From NCBI GenBank assembly GCA_949286245.1, contig CASECF010000060.1, positions 1-58,851 of the forward strand: 58,851 bases of DNA, written 5' to 3'. Source of the stretch: an uncultured Alphaproteobacteria bacterium. GTDB lineage: Bacteria > Pseudomonadota > Alphaproteobacteria > CAAHEQ01 > UBA3637. Positions 24,491-34,063 of this stretch are shown here, one piece after another. The translations under genes and the position numbers were made by a program. Positions within the stretch are counted from its first letter, which is position 1. Every line of letters starts with the position of its first letter. The notes beneath the pieces were generated by a model. That model was not told where the DNA came from and did not search any database. It saw only the letters and a list, made by a program, of their open reading frames with translations.

Positions 24491-26178
24491 GGATAAATCA
24501 ACCGCTCCGTTTCTATATAAAAAGCATTCCACTCCGGTCCGCTTTGTTTGAGAAGCCCGATCAATTCCTTTTCAAATCCGCTCGATTTTTCCAACAACAG
24601 AAGAGCCAAAAGCAACGCCTCTCCTCGTTTTCCCAAAGCATATAAATAAGCCGGTTCACGCACAAAAACATCGGGTAATTTTGTCGTTTTATACGAGATA
24701 ATCACATCCAAAAAATCAACCGTTGAGATACGAAAATCAGAGGGTAATATTTCCCAAAAACGTTGGCATTTTTGATCATTCAAATCAGTGACACATAAAT
24801 TCAGAAGTTTTTGAAATGACGGAAATTGATTTTGGGAAATATGAGCCATCAACGGCATTAAGAGCAATTGATTTTTACGATTTTCCGCACCATCATTATG
24901 TTCAAGGACGGCATACCATTTTTCAGCCAACGAGAAATCGGATTCCAACGCATAGATCTGAACGGCGTCAAAAGCAAGCGCGGTTGCTTTTTGATTGGGC
25001 GCTATATCATCCAACAATGTTTTTATAACGGGAGTTAACGCAAGGAACAAATCGGACTTTCGAACCGAACGAATAAATTCGGCAACCATCGATATTCTTT
25101 TATCCGGTGATGTTTTTTGAATTTTTTGATACAGGTCAGCCCGCTTAAGGGGCTCTTCCGTCAAAGGGGTTTTCAACAACGGGATTTGATATAATTTAAT
25201 CATTTCTTCTTGTGATAATCCGGCTTGTTCTCCGTATTTCAAGCGAAGGGGAAGAGGCGTTGTGGGCAAAGCGCTCAAAACTCTCAAAACACCTCTGTTT
25301 TGAGAGGATAAGTGTGGATATTTTTCTGACACAAAAGACAACAAAAAGACGTCTTCCGGATCAATTTTTTCCGAGGGGATCGAAACATTTTCTTCATGAA
25401 AAACTTGCCTGCCGAGAGCCAAAAACAACAGATCATCATCAGACGGTTGCTCTGCGTATACATCAAACGTTAAACCGGCCTTTTCCTTGTCGTCTTGTAT
25501 TAAAAAGCAATTCATGCGAATTTTTTCGGAAAAAGCCCCCAACTCTCTTTGTTGAGATAAATCACAGGCTTTTTTTGTGTCCCCCTTCAACAAAAGAGCT
25601 CGAACGGCCAGTTGAAAAACAGAATCATTCATTTGAGAAACGGGGATTTTTTCGGTCAATGCAACGGCCTCTTCAAACAACCCTAACTCCAAAAGAGCAT
25701 TCAATCTCGTTTGCAAAAAAGAATCCTGTTGAAAGACCTGATTTCCAAAGTTTGTTCCTCCCATATCCAGAATCAACATATGACGTACTGTCCTTAAAAG
25801 TGCGGGTGAAAAGCTTTTTGAACCTATCTTTTGTATCAAGTTTTGGATGACTTTTGGATCCGACTGATCAAACAAACGAGGATCCCTCGTTGCTTCTATT
25901 CCCACCATATTGAAAGAGAGTTTTGGGAGTGTTTCAATTACCACCTCAGTTGCCGAAACATTTTCAGCCAAAAGAAGGGTAAGGCACAAACAAATCCTTT
26001 TCAAAAAATCAGGAATTGGTTTTAATTGGAACGGATTTTTCAATTTGTTGAACATGGGGATTAAAATCCATAAAACCGACAACGGCAAGGAAGATGACAA
26101 CCAAAACAAACAAAAATTTAATAAAGTAATGTTTTTTTTCTTCTCTGTTACGCATTTTTTTGATCCTTCACTGGACAA
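24487..26178 (-). CDS. Hypothetical exported or membrane protein (563 aa as in the track)
   Basis: The ORF is long and uninterrupted, with a hydrophobic N-terminus and a helical-repeat-like body. The start is uncertain: TTG at 26178, or ATG at 26055, which gives MFNKLKNPF..CLCLTLLLAENVSA (signal-like). Confidence 0.5.
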   Translation of the reverse strand: MSSEGSKKCVTEKKKNITLLNFCLFWLSSSLPLSVLWILIPMFNKLKNPFQLKPIPDFLKRICLCLTLLLAENVSATEVVIETLPKLSFNMVGIEATRDPRLFDQSDPKVIQNLIQKIGSKSFSPALLRTVRHMLILDMGGTNFGNQVFQQDSFLQTRLNALLELGLFEEAVALTEKIPVSQMNDSVFQLAVRALLLKGDTKKACDLSQQRELGAFSEKIRMNCFLIQDDKEKAGLTFDVYAEQPSDDDLLFLALGRQVFHEENVSIPSEKIDPEDVFLLSFVSEKYPHLSSQNRGVLRVLSALPTTPLPLRLKYGEQAGLSQEEMIKLYQIPLLKTPLTEEPLKRADLYQKIQKTSPDKRISMVAEFIRSVRKSDLFLALTPVIKTLLDDIAPNQKATALAFDAVQIYALESDFSLAEKWYAVLEHNDGAENRKNQLLLMPLMAHISQNQFPSFQKLLNLCVTDLNDQKCQRFWEILPSDFRISTVDFLDVIISYKTTKLPDVFVREPAYLYALGKRGEALLLALLLLEKSSGFEKELIGLLKQSGPEWNAFYIETERLIYP

Positions 26179-26244
26179 AAGTCTTAAAAATTGGTATGAT
26201 GCGAGGAGTGTACAATTTTATTGGTTATTTGTCAAGAACAGAAC

Positions 26245-26877
26245 ATGAAACAACGGTTATTGGAACCAAAGATTATTTTGCTTGTCGGCATGATGGGAGT
26301 CGGGAAGACCAGTTTGGGTCGGATTTTATCGAAGCGTCTGAACTTACCTTTCATTGATAGTGACAAGGAAATTGAACGGATTACGGGTTTTACTATTTCG
26401 GATTTATTCGCTCGGTACGGGGAGGAAGAGTTTCGAACAGGAGAAGAAAAAATCATGGCCCGTCTTTTATCCGGAAAGCCTTGCGTCTTATCCTCCGGTG
26501 GCGGGGCATTTTTATCGGAAAAAACGAGAGAAGTAGCCTCAAGATCAGCCATATCCATCTGGCTCAAAGCAGAAACGGAGATTATATCAAAAAGGACGCA
26601 GGGACGCACGCACAGACCATTTGTTCCGGCTGCAGACAACCAACGAGCCATCGAACGTCTTGTTCGAGAACGATATCCGGTTTATGCAGAAGCGGACATT
26701 ACGGTTGAATCATTTAACGAGCCGCCCTTTAAAACAGCTAATCGTGTTTTAAAGGAGTTGGAAAGAAGGCAGGTAATTAAACCAATACCAACAAAGCCAA
26801 GTGCTTCATCGAATCGGGCAACAAACAAACGATGTAAATTTTATAAATCATCTTCCCCTAAAAAGAGGGCAAATTAA
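26245..26877 (+). CDS. aroK: Shikimate kinase AroK with a basic C-terminal tail
   Basis: It has Walker A LVGMMGVGKTSLG and the FIDSD motif. The core is about 170 aa and is followed by a Lys/Ser/Pro-rich tail of about 40 aa. ATG at 26245 is preferred over the TTG at 26221. Confidence 0.85.
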   Translation: MKQRLLEPKIILLVGMMGVGKTSLGRILSKRLNLPFIDSDKEIERITGFTISDLFARYGEEEFRTGEEKIMARLLSGKPCVLSSGGGAFLSEKTREVASRSAISIWLKAETEIISKRTQGRTHRPFVPAADNQRAIERLVRERYPVYAEADITVESFNEPPFKTANRVLKELERRQVIKPIPTKPSASSNRATNKRCKFYKSSSPKKRAN

Positions 26878-26884
26878 GTTTTAA

Positions 26885-28147
26885 ATGACAGAATATATCA
26901 TTCTTCTTTGTCTGTTGGGATTATCGTTTTTCTTTTCCGGAACGGAAACAGCTGTCACAGCCGTTTCAAAACCGCTTTTACATGAACAGGCCAAACAAGG
27001 GAATACACGAGCACATCAGCTCAATCTCCTCAAAAATGATTCAGCACGATTGTTGGGCTCTCTTTTATTGGGAAATAATGTGGTTAATATTGCTATAACG
27101 GCATTATCGACAAGTATGTTGATAGAAATTTTTGGAGATCATTACGGTGTTTTAATTTCCACTTTTGTTGTGAGTACCGTCGTTTTAGTTTTTTCGGAAA
27201 TATTACCAAAGACATATGCCATCAACAACGCATTTCCGTTTGCCATATCAGCGGCACCATTTCTATCTATTTTTGTTGTGGTTATGACGCCGATTGTTAA
27301 TTTATTAAACTTACTATCCCGTCAAATCATGAAACTTTTACCCAAAACAGATCAAGGGAAAACCTCTGCCGATGAAATAAAAGCGGAAATTCGAGGGGCA
27401 TTGGATTTACAAACGGATGATTCGGACATATCTCAGGAAAGCGGCATGCTTAAAAGTGTTTTGGATTTAGGAGATGTGACGGTTGAAGATATTATGCTTC
27501 ACCGAAGTCAAATCATTTCTCTGAACGCCGATTTACCTCTTTCGGATATATTTGATTTTGTCTCCCGAAGTCCGTTTAGTCGTATTCCTTTATGGCGAGG
27601 GAAGAGGGATAATATTATTGGTATTTTGCATTCCAAAGCTCTTTTAAAAGTCATGAACACTTACTACAAGGGATATAAAAACATTCATATTCAAGATTAT
27701 ACTTCCAGACCATGGTTTGTTCTCAATACGCGATCTCTTTTGGATCAATTGCATGCTTTTAAAAAGAGACGAGAACATTTTGCATTGGTTGTAGATGAAT
27801 ATGGTGTATTGGAAGGTCTTGTGACATTGGAAGACGTTTTAGAAGAAATTGTCGGTGATATTTCGGATGAAAACGACTTGCCGGAAGAATCAACTTTACA
27901 GATTCATAAAACCGACTCCGGTGCTTTTCGCTTAGAAGGATCTGCGACCATTCGAGATATCAATCGTCATTTCAAATGGGAATTACCGGATGAGAATGCT
28001 GCCACCTTGGCCGGATACATCATGTATGAAACAGAACGCATTCCGTCAGTCGGTCAATCTTTTGTCATTAACGGTTTTACATTTACAATTATTGAGAAAG
28101 ACAAAAATCGACTGACATTAATTGATATTATTCCACCGGCTCGTTAA
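26885..28147 (+). CDS. HlyC/CorC (CNNM/TlyC-like) family transporter
   Basis: It has a DUF21 membrane domain (4 TM), a CBS pair (VEDIMLHRSQI..., ...ALVVDEYGVLEGLVTLEDVLEEIVG) and a CorC_HlyC C-domain. Confidence 0.8.
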   Translation: MTEYIILLCLLGLSFFFSGTETAVTAVSKPLLHEQAKQGNTRAHQLNLLKNDSARLLGSLLLGNNVVNIAITALSTSMLIEIFGDHYGVLISTFVVSTVVLVFSEILPKTYAINNAFPFAISAAPFLSIFVVVMTPIVNLLNLLSRQIMKLLPKTDQGKTSADEIKAEIRGALDLQTDDSDISQESGMLKSVLDLGDVTVEDIMLHRSQIISLNADLPLSDIFDFVSRSPFSRIPLWRGKRDNIIGILHSKALLKVMNTYYKGYKNIHIQDYTSRPWFVLNTRSLLDQLHAFKKRREHFALVVDEYGVLEGLVTLEDVLEEIVGDISDENDLPEESTLQIHKTDSGAFRLEGSATIRDINRHFKWELPDENAATLAGYIMYETERIPSVGQSFVINGFTFTIIEKDKNRLTLIDIIPPAR

Positions 28148-28340
28148 GATAAAAACTTATATTGAGACCGAATGAAAATATAATCTCAAAAATATTTTTC
28201 ATCCTTTGCTGTGGGAACCCTCATTTTATCATATACTCGTAAAATACACATATATGGCCGGCATTATTCAAAAACACTCTTGATTTTCTAAAAAGATCCC
28301 TGTACGATGGTCTATGCTATTTAGAAAGAAAGGATAGACA

Positions 28341-28808
28341 ATGAAAAAACTTATTTTCACTTCGGTTGCTGTTTTAGCTGTTATCGGGATGTCTCACATG
28401 GCTTCCGCTCATGATAGTACGGGTTGCGGATTGGGCAGTATGGCATGGCGCGGTCAATCCGGTGCCATTCCGCAGGTATTGGCTGTTACAACAAACGGTA
28501 TCTTTGGAAACCAAACATTTGGTATTTCATCCGGAACATCAGGATGTGATCCGAACGGTCGTATTACGGGAGGCACTCAAAAAATGTTCTTTGCGTTTTT
28601 AGAGAACAATATGGATCAATATGCTTTTGACGCTTCTCGCGGAAGCGGTGAGACGTTGACAACCATTGCCGGCATTTTAAATGTTCCGGAAGAACAGGTT
28701 GCCGCCGTATCACAAGAGCACTTCAATGAGCTGTTTCCGAACGAGAATGTTCAAGTGATCGCCGTTGCGACAAAATTATTAGACTTATTAGAAATTCAAG
28801 CGGCCTAA
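28341..28808 (+). CDS. DUF3015-family secreted protein
   Basis: It has a signal peptide plus GCGLGSMAW...TTNGIFGNQTFGISSGTSGCD, which matches my recollection of the DUF3015 signature. Confidence 0.6.
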   Translation: MKKLIFTSVAVLAVIGMSHMASAHDSTGCGLGSMAWRGQSGAIPQVLAVTTNGIFGNQTFGISSGTSGCDPNGRITGGTQKMFFAFLENNMDQYAFDASRGSGETLTTIAGILNVPEEQVAAVSQEHFNELFPNENVQVIAVATKLLDLLEIQAA

Positions 28809-28818
28809 GGTTTGGGTC

Positions 28819-30717
28819 ATGAGATTAAAAAGGGTTATACATATTTTCTGTATGACCCTTTTTTTATTCTTTTTTACGGGGATTACAATCGGACACGCCG
28901 TTTTACTTGAAAATAAATCTCCGAATATATCAAATCAAGACACCGGTTCAACACATTTTTCAAGAGAGAAAAAAGCTGGTTCAGATCCGCTTTGGCTGGC
29001 ATTGGTCCATTACCGACCGACAATAACGGGAGGATTCCGCAGTACGATAGATGGAGATAATTTCTTTTTATCCGAATCGGGGAGAACAGATCCGCAACAG
29101 GAACTGAAAGCGACCATTCAACTGTTTGAAGGATCGAATCGTGACAAGCAATGTTTATTTCCCGCTCGATATACCTATTTAAAACAGCGAGATCTTATTC
29201 AAAAAGATTTTCCCTCCTGTCCTGAATATGAGCAATTTCAAAAAGATCTAAATCCGGCAGGCGTCACGCTCCTGTATACGGACGCCTACATGAACAACCC
29301 ATCTTCTTTGTTCGGACATACGCTTTTTAGAATTGATATTCCGGAAGGACGAACCCAATTGGTTGCTCACGGAATGAATTACGGGGCCTTTATCAATCCG
29401 GACGATAATGGTATTTTGTTTGCTGTTTTGGGGCTCACCGGCGGATACTGGGGCGGATTTACGGTCAAACCCTATTATGCCGTCATCAACATGTACAACA
29501 ACATAGAAAATCGAGATATTTGGGAATTTAAACTCAATTTAACCCAAACAGAACAAGAATGGATGGTGGCCCACCTCTGGGAACTTGGTCATACCCGTGC
29601 TCGTTATTATTTTTTCACTCGAAACTGTTCCTATTTGCTGATGGAAGTTTTAGATGCCGTCAGACCCTCATTAAAATTAGCAGATCAATTTCCGGTACAA
29701 GCCATTCCGTTAGACACGCTTAAGGCTGTTTCAAATCAAGATCATTTCATTTTAGATACGACTTATCGGCCGTCTCGTCAAAAAAGGATTCAAGAAGCCT
29801 ATTATGTAATGACTTCGGCACAACGACAACTGTTAAAAAAGCGCTTGGAAAAACCGGAGCCGATTCAAAGCGATTTATCCACGGAAGAAAAAGCCCTTGT
29901 TTTGGAAACAGCTTACGAATACATTCAATACCAATGGATCAATCAAGACATTTCCTTAAAGGAATATCGTCCTCAAACATTTTCTCTTTTAAAGGAGCGA
30001 AGAGATTTAGGATATGTGTCAACATCGCCTAAAATGATCGGTTCTTCACCGTTAACGGCTCATGATTCATCAGCGATATCCGTTGAGACCGGCGCTCATA
30101 ACGGTGAAACTTTTGAAGAAATCTCCATAAGACCGGCCTATCATTCCTTAACGGATCCGGTTGAGGGATTGCTTTCGGGAGCGGAGATTAACTTTTTAAA
30201 CACAACGGTTCGCTATAAAAATCGAACACGTCGTTTTGTTTTTCAAGATTTGGATTTGGTTAAAATTACATCGCTCTCTCCATGGAATGCTCTTTTTCAT
30301 CCTCCGTCATTTCAAATTAAAACCGGCATTCATCGAATTTGGAACCCCAAAACACAAAAAGACGGTTTGGTTTATGAAATCACAGGCGGGAGCGGACTCA
30401 CTTTTCGTCTGACACCCACGCAATCGATTTACGCCTTTCTCAACACGGGGATTAACGGGGGTGGAATTATGCCTCATAATTTCGGAGGCATGATCGGACC
30501 AGCGTTTGGATGGCTTTATACCGGCCATAAAATATCAGCTCAAATAGAAACGGCGCGAGATTTTTCGGATAATGAACTGATGAATCAAACGAGTGTCTCG
30601 GGGAAATTATCCATACATCTTAAACACAACTTTGATCTGATCACGAGTTATCAGTTTCAGGATCAAAAATACCACAGCCAAAACACATTTAAAATAGGGA
30701 TTAAAAAGTTTTTCTAG
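28819..30717 (+). CDS. DUF4105 (Lnb N-terminal periplasmic domain) protein with a beta-barrel-like C-terminus
   Basis: It has a signal peptide and LWLALVHYRP...FPARYTYL...LFGHTLFRID, which is DUF4105-like. The C-terminal third is beta-rich and ends ..KIGIKKFF (OMP-like terminal Phe). Confidence 0.6.
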   Translation: MRLKRVIHIFCMTLFLFFFTGITIGHAVLLENKSPNISNQDTGSTHFSREKKAGSDPLWLALVHYRPTITGGFRSTIDGDNFFLSESGRTDPQQELKATIQLFEGSNRDKQCLFPARYTYLKQRDLIQKDFPSCPEYEQFQKDLNPAGVTLLYTDAYMNNPSSLFGHTLFRIDIPEGRTQLVAHGMNYGAFINPDDNGILFAVLGLTGGYWGGFTVKPYYAVINMYNNIENRDIWEFKLNLTQTEQEWMVAHLWELGHTRARYYFFTRNCSYLLMEVLDAVRPSLKLADQFPVQAIPLDTLKAVSNQDHFILDTTYRPSRQKRIQEAYYVMTSAQRQLLKKRLEKPEPIQSDLSTEEKALVLETAYEYIQYQWINQDISLKEYRPQTFSLLKERRDLGYVSTSPKMIGSSPLTAHDSSAISVETGAHNGETFEEISIRPAYHSLTDPVEGLLSGAEINFLNTTVRYKNRTRRFVFQDLDLVKITSLSPWNALFHPPSFQIKTGIHRIWNPKTQKDGLVYEITGGSGLTFRLTPTQSIYAFLNTGINGGGIMPHNFGGMIGPAFGWLYTGHKISAQIETARDFSDNELMNQTSVSGKLSIHLKHNFDLITSYQFQDQKYHSQNTFKIGIKKFF

Positions 30718-30814
30718 CTCATCTTCAAAACAATCCACAACAGACTATTGAAAAGTACAAATCAAGCAATCATCTCAAAATCAATCTCTCAAAAGGAACG
30801 AATCTTTTCAAGGA

Positions 30815-32764
30815 TTATTTTAAAACGCAATAATTTCCATCCAACTTTCGTTGATCGGTGCACTCATAACACGCATCCGTCATATTCGTGACCGGAACCC
30901 TCGTTTCCGTATCACACGGATAGCACTTGTTATCCGATCCTCGAAGCGGTAAATCTCCCGAACATTTCGGAACACACATGAGATTATATAAATTCCTTGT
31001 ATTGGGACACCGTTCACACCCCTCATGAGAAACACTATTCACATCAATATTTTTCTCTTCATCACACGAATAACACTTTCCATCATTTCCCGTAAATGTT
31101 CCTTCTTCACAGGGGATGGAACACCGTTGATTATGATATCCATTGGCAATTCGATTAGGACAAATATTACTACAATAATTAAGAGCATTATAAATTGTAA
31201 TCGGATCAGAATGATCACAAGAATAACACTTCCCATCACTTCCTCTGATTTCTCCGGTAGGACAATTCAAAATACAATAGTTTCCAGATAAAATTCGATT
31301 AGGGCAGAGCTCACACCCATCATGAGAAACACCATCCATATTAATCGGTTTTGTTTCATCACACGCATAACATTTACCGTCTGCCCCAGTAAATGTTCCC
31401 TCTCCGCACGGAAGTGAACACCGCCTATCGTGCCATCCATTTACTACTCGATTAGGACAAATATTGCTACAATAATTAACAGCATTATAAATTGTAATCG
31501 AGGCCTTATAATCACAGGGATAACAAATCCCATCATCTCCTTTTATTTCCCCTTTGGGACAATCTAACACACAATAATTTCCGACCTGTGTTCGATTATT
31601 ACATCGATCACAACCATCATGGGTGACTTGAGTGACATCGATGTTTTTTTCTTCATTACAAGAATAACATTTCCCGTCACCTCCCGTAAATGTTCCCTCT
31701 CTGCATGGAATAGAACAATATCTATTTAACCATCCATTTGCTACTCGATTAGGGCATATAGATTCACAATAATTGGCTGTATGCGAAATTATGATCGGTT
31801 CAGTATAATCGCAGGAATAACATTCCCCATTGTCTTGCCTAAGTGGAGTTCCTTCAGAACATGGAATCACACATTGAATATTAAAAGAGGTTCTTGCCCA
31901 CAATTCTCTATTCTCACACACCCTGCAATTTTCTTCCACGCCTGTCACATCAACACCTGCTTCATTGTCACACGCATAACATTTCCCATCTTTTCCAATC
32001 AGGGGTTTATGCCACGGGCAACACTGATCGTTCTCATTACAGCACATGCCATTGACGGCTTTGGCACAACAATAAGGGCCTGATCGTCTCTCTTGGGGGC
32101 AACAGACCTGTTCCCCCGTCTCCGTATCTTGAGCACACCGCTCATACCCCTCGCAGGAGGACACACAAATGTTCTCTTGACACCGTTGGCAAGCATTACA
32201 ATCCGAATCTTCCTCACAATACCAGTTGGGCAGTGCCGTCTCATCCATGTCCTCATCAAACAAAAACACCATGGTGGCCGTTTCTCTGTTATCCATCTCG
32301 CTCGGTTCACAGATCAGATCGTTCCCCCCATACACAATCTCGTTGGCTTTCATCAAAACAGGGAGTTTCCACCCCATCTTTAAAATCTTGCGACACACCC
32401 CCACAGGCACATGCGTCACTTCTAGCTCAAACAGTTTCGGATCATCCGGTTCTCGAAACGCCGTCACGGGATAGCCTTGTCTTGTTATCACCGGGAATTC
32501 ATCCATTGTGAGTGTTCCTCTGTTTTGTCTCACCTGTTCGCCTACACTCACCGCCCGAAGCGTCAGTTCATTGATTGTCTCATTGGCTTTATAGCTATCC
32601 ATCGCATATCGATATCCTGCGATTGCTCCGATTGAGAGAACACCCATAATTGCCAAAACCCCCAACATCTCCACCATGGAACGCCCCGATTCGGATGAAG
32701 CAGTCTTTTTCAGGTTTTTAATTTTAGCCCTGATTTTACTCTTTAAAATCAACTCTTTGAACAT
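30815..32764 (-). CDS. Prepilin-type N-terminus protein with a large cysteine-rich (CxxC, furin/VSP-like) repeat region
   Basis: The class III signal reads ...SESG|RSMVEMLGVLAIMGVLSIGAIAGY, with Glu at +5 and a hydrophobic helix. A pilin-like globular part of about 150 aa follows. Residues 191-657 (track numbering) contain roughly 80 Cys in GKCYSCD...C..C...YC...C units. The ATG at 32764 has a strong SD (ggaggg, 5-nt spacer). The track ORF starts at a TTG at 32788. Confidence 0.7.
   Translation of the reverse strand: MFKELILKSKIRAKIKNLKKTASSESGRSMVEMLGVLAIMGVLSIGAIAGYRYAMDSYKANETINELTLRAVSVGEQVRQNRGTLTMDEFPVITRQGYPVTAFREPDDPKLFELEVTHVPVGVCRKILKMGWKLPVLMKANEIVYGGNDLICEPSEMDNRETATMVFLFDEDMDETALPNWYCEEDSDCNACQRCQENICVSSCEGYERCAQDTETGEQVCCPQERRSGPYCCAKAVNGMCCNENDQCCPWHKPLIGKDGKCYACDNEAGVDVTGVEENCRVCENRELWARTSFNIQCVIPCSEGTPLRQDNGECYSCDYTEPIIISHTANYCESICPNRVANGWLNRYCSIPCREGTFTGGDGKCYSCNEEKNIDVTQVTHDGCDRCNNRTQVGNYCVLDCPKGEIKGDDGICYPCDYKASITIYNAVNYCSNICPNRVVNGWHDRRCSLPCGEGTFTGADGKCYACDETKPINMDGVSHDGCELCPNRILSGNYCILNCPTGEIRGSDGKCYSCDHSDPITIYNALNYCSNICPNRIANGYHNQRCSIPCEEGTFTGNDGKCYSCDEEKNIDVNSVSHEGCERCPNTRNLYNLMCVPKCSGDLPLRGSDNKCYPCDTETRVPVTNMTDACYECTDQRKLDGNYCVLK
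30818..31825 (-). repeat. About 3.3 tandem copies of a ~297-bp (~99-aa) coding repeat, each made of two ~49-aa Cys-rich half-units
   Basis: Units begin at aa 322 (CYSCDYTEPIIISHTANYCESICPNRVANGW...), aa 422 (CYPCDYKASITIYNAVNYCSNICPNRVVNGW...) and aa 521 (CYSCDHSDPITIYNALNYCSNICPNRIANGY...). Confidence 0.85.
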
Positions 32765-32786
32765 TCCGTCCCTCCAAAAGTGTTTC

Positions 32787-32896
32787 AAAAAAACGATCCT
32801 TTTTTTGAAACGCTTCTTAGCTCAAAAAAAGCTTGATTTTCTGCCATCCTTTCGGGTATAAAAAAAAGGATCCTTTTTTTGCGACAAAAAAGATCC
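32787..32896. promoter_or_regulatory. Cluster of A-run/GATCC/T-run palindromes upstream of the pilin-like gene
   Basis: A7-CGATCC-T7 lies at 32787-32806. A perfect 20-bp palindrome, A7-GGATCC-T7, lies at 32861-32880. A half-copy, A6-GATCC, lies at 32886-32896. Confidence 0.35.
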
Positions 32897-33089
32897 ATAT
32901 AAATGTTTGATTTTAAAAGTACTTATTTTAAAAATCGGCCTTGTTCACTCTATTTTTAAAATATTTTATTTTAAAATATTCTTATCTTGATTTTTGATGA
33001 AAATAAACGCAAAAGCTATTTACTCTGCCTCTCAATATGAAAATCGGGAAAGATATATCTTGTCTTGAAAAGAGTCGTTTTTAAGGACT

Positions 33090-34055
33090 TTATTTTTTCT
33101 TAAAAAGACTTTTTATTTTTTCAGCGATTTCAATGGCGGGATTAAAATAACCTTCTGCTTCTCCTTTAATACCACTTCCCAACGGAACCGCATATCCCCC
33201 TTTGTAAAGAGATTGATGAAATCTTTTATGCTTTTCGCTCATCATCTCATCTGGGGCAAAAACATACACAGGAACGCCGGTTGCACAACACTCGGAACAC
33301 ATTGAAATAGAATCCCCCGTCACAACAATCATATCAGCCCATGCCAACAATCCGAAATAAGGATTTTCTCCCGAATCTCCAAATTGATAAAAGAAGGTTT
33401 TATCATGTGGCAAGCGCTGTAATAAAATTTTCACAACTTCATGGGGCGTTCGTCTGGAAGTTGTCACAAGGACAGACCGTGGTTTTAAAGCCAAAACCTG
33501 TTTCACTAGCTCTTCCGCCATTTGAACCGTAAATGGTTTATCTTTTGTCGCACCACCGACAATCAGAGACAGTCGCAAAGAGGGATACTTTTCAAAAACA
33601 GTTCGCCATTTTTCTTTTTCTTGTTTTAAGCGATCAACCGTCACACGGTGCGGAGAACCAACAACTCGCATAACATTTAAAGCACGATTATCATAAAATG
33701 AATCATGCTCCGGCAAAACAACGATATCTGCCTTTTTAAAACCGCTCATTCCGGGATTCATTATTTGAACAACTTTTGTTTTCCCCTGAGACTTTTTTTT
33801 GATATATAAGGCCACGGGAAAAGAACGACGACCGGCACTTAAAACAACATCCGGCCACGGTTCATGTAATTGCATTTGGCTTTTTAAATCAATTCCGATT
33901 AAAGACGATCCCCTCAAAAAATTTGGTAATCGAATCCATTTATTATATCTGATTTCTTTTTCCTCGGTTGGCCAATTCAACGCCTCAGCAATCCCCCTTA
34001 ATTGATTGAGGTTTCCCATACGATCATCTGCCAATATCCATACTTTTTTTGACAT
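33090..34055 (-). CDS. ELM1/DUF1022-family protein (mitochondrial-fission-ELM1-like, glycosyltransferase-like fold)
   Basis: VWILADDRMGNLNQLRGIAEAL...VVLSAGRRS...IVGGATKD...VTTSRRTP matches my recollection of this family, which is widespread in alphaproteobacteria. Confidence 0.55.
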   Translation of the reverse strand: MSKKVWILADDRMGNLNQLRGIAEALNWPTEEKEIRYNKWIRLPNFLRGSSLIGIDLKSQMQLHEPWPDVVLSAGRRSFPVALYIKKKSQGKTKVVQIMNPGMSGFKKADIVVLPEHDSFYDNRALNVMRVVGSPHRVTVDRLKQEKEKWRTVFEKYPSLRLSLIVGGATKDKPFTVQMAEELVKQVLALKPRSVLVTTSRRTPHEVVKILLQRLPHDKTFFYQFGDSGENPYFGLLAWADMIVVTGDSISMCSECCATGVPVYVFAPDEMMSEKHKRFHQSLYKGGYAVPLGSGIKGEAEGYFNPAIEIAEKIKSLFKKK

Positions 34056-34063
34056 TTTTTTCT

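Noticed and set aside
32765-32788. N-terminal extensions in the ORF track begin at TTG or GTG. Examples are 32788 for the pilin-like gene, 45518 for pckG, 26221 for aroK, 53648 for mlaE, 48909, 49893, 24532, 11611 and 19161.
   Set aside because: In each case an internal ATG with a clear SD, an ATGA-type coupling or a family-typical N-terminus gives a better start. The 45518 TTG is itself the -35 hexamer of the pckG promoter.
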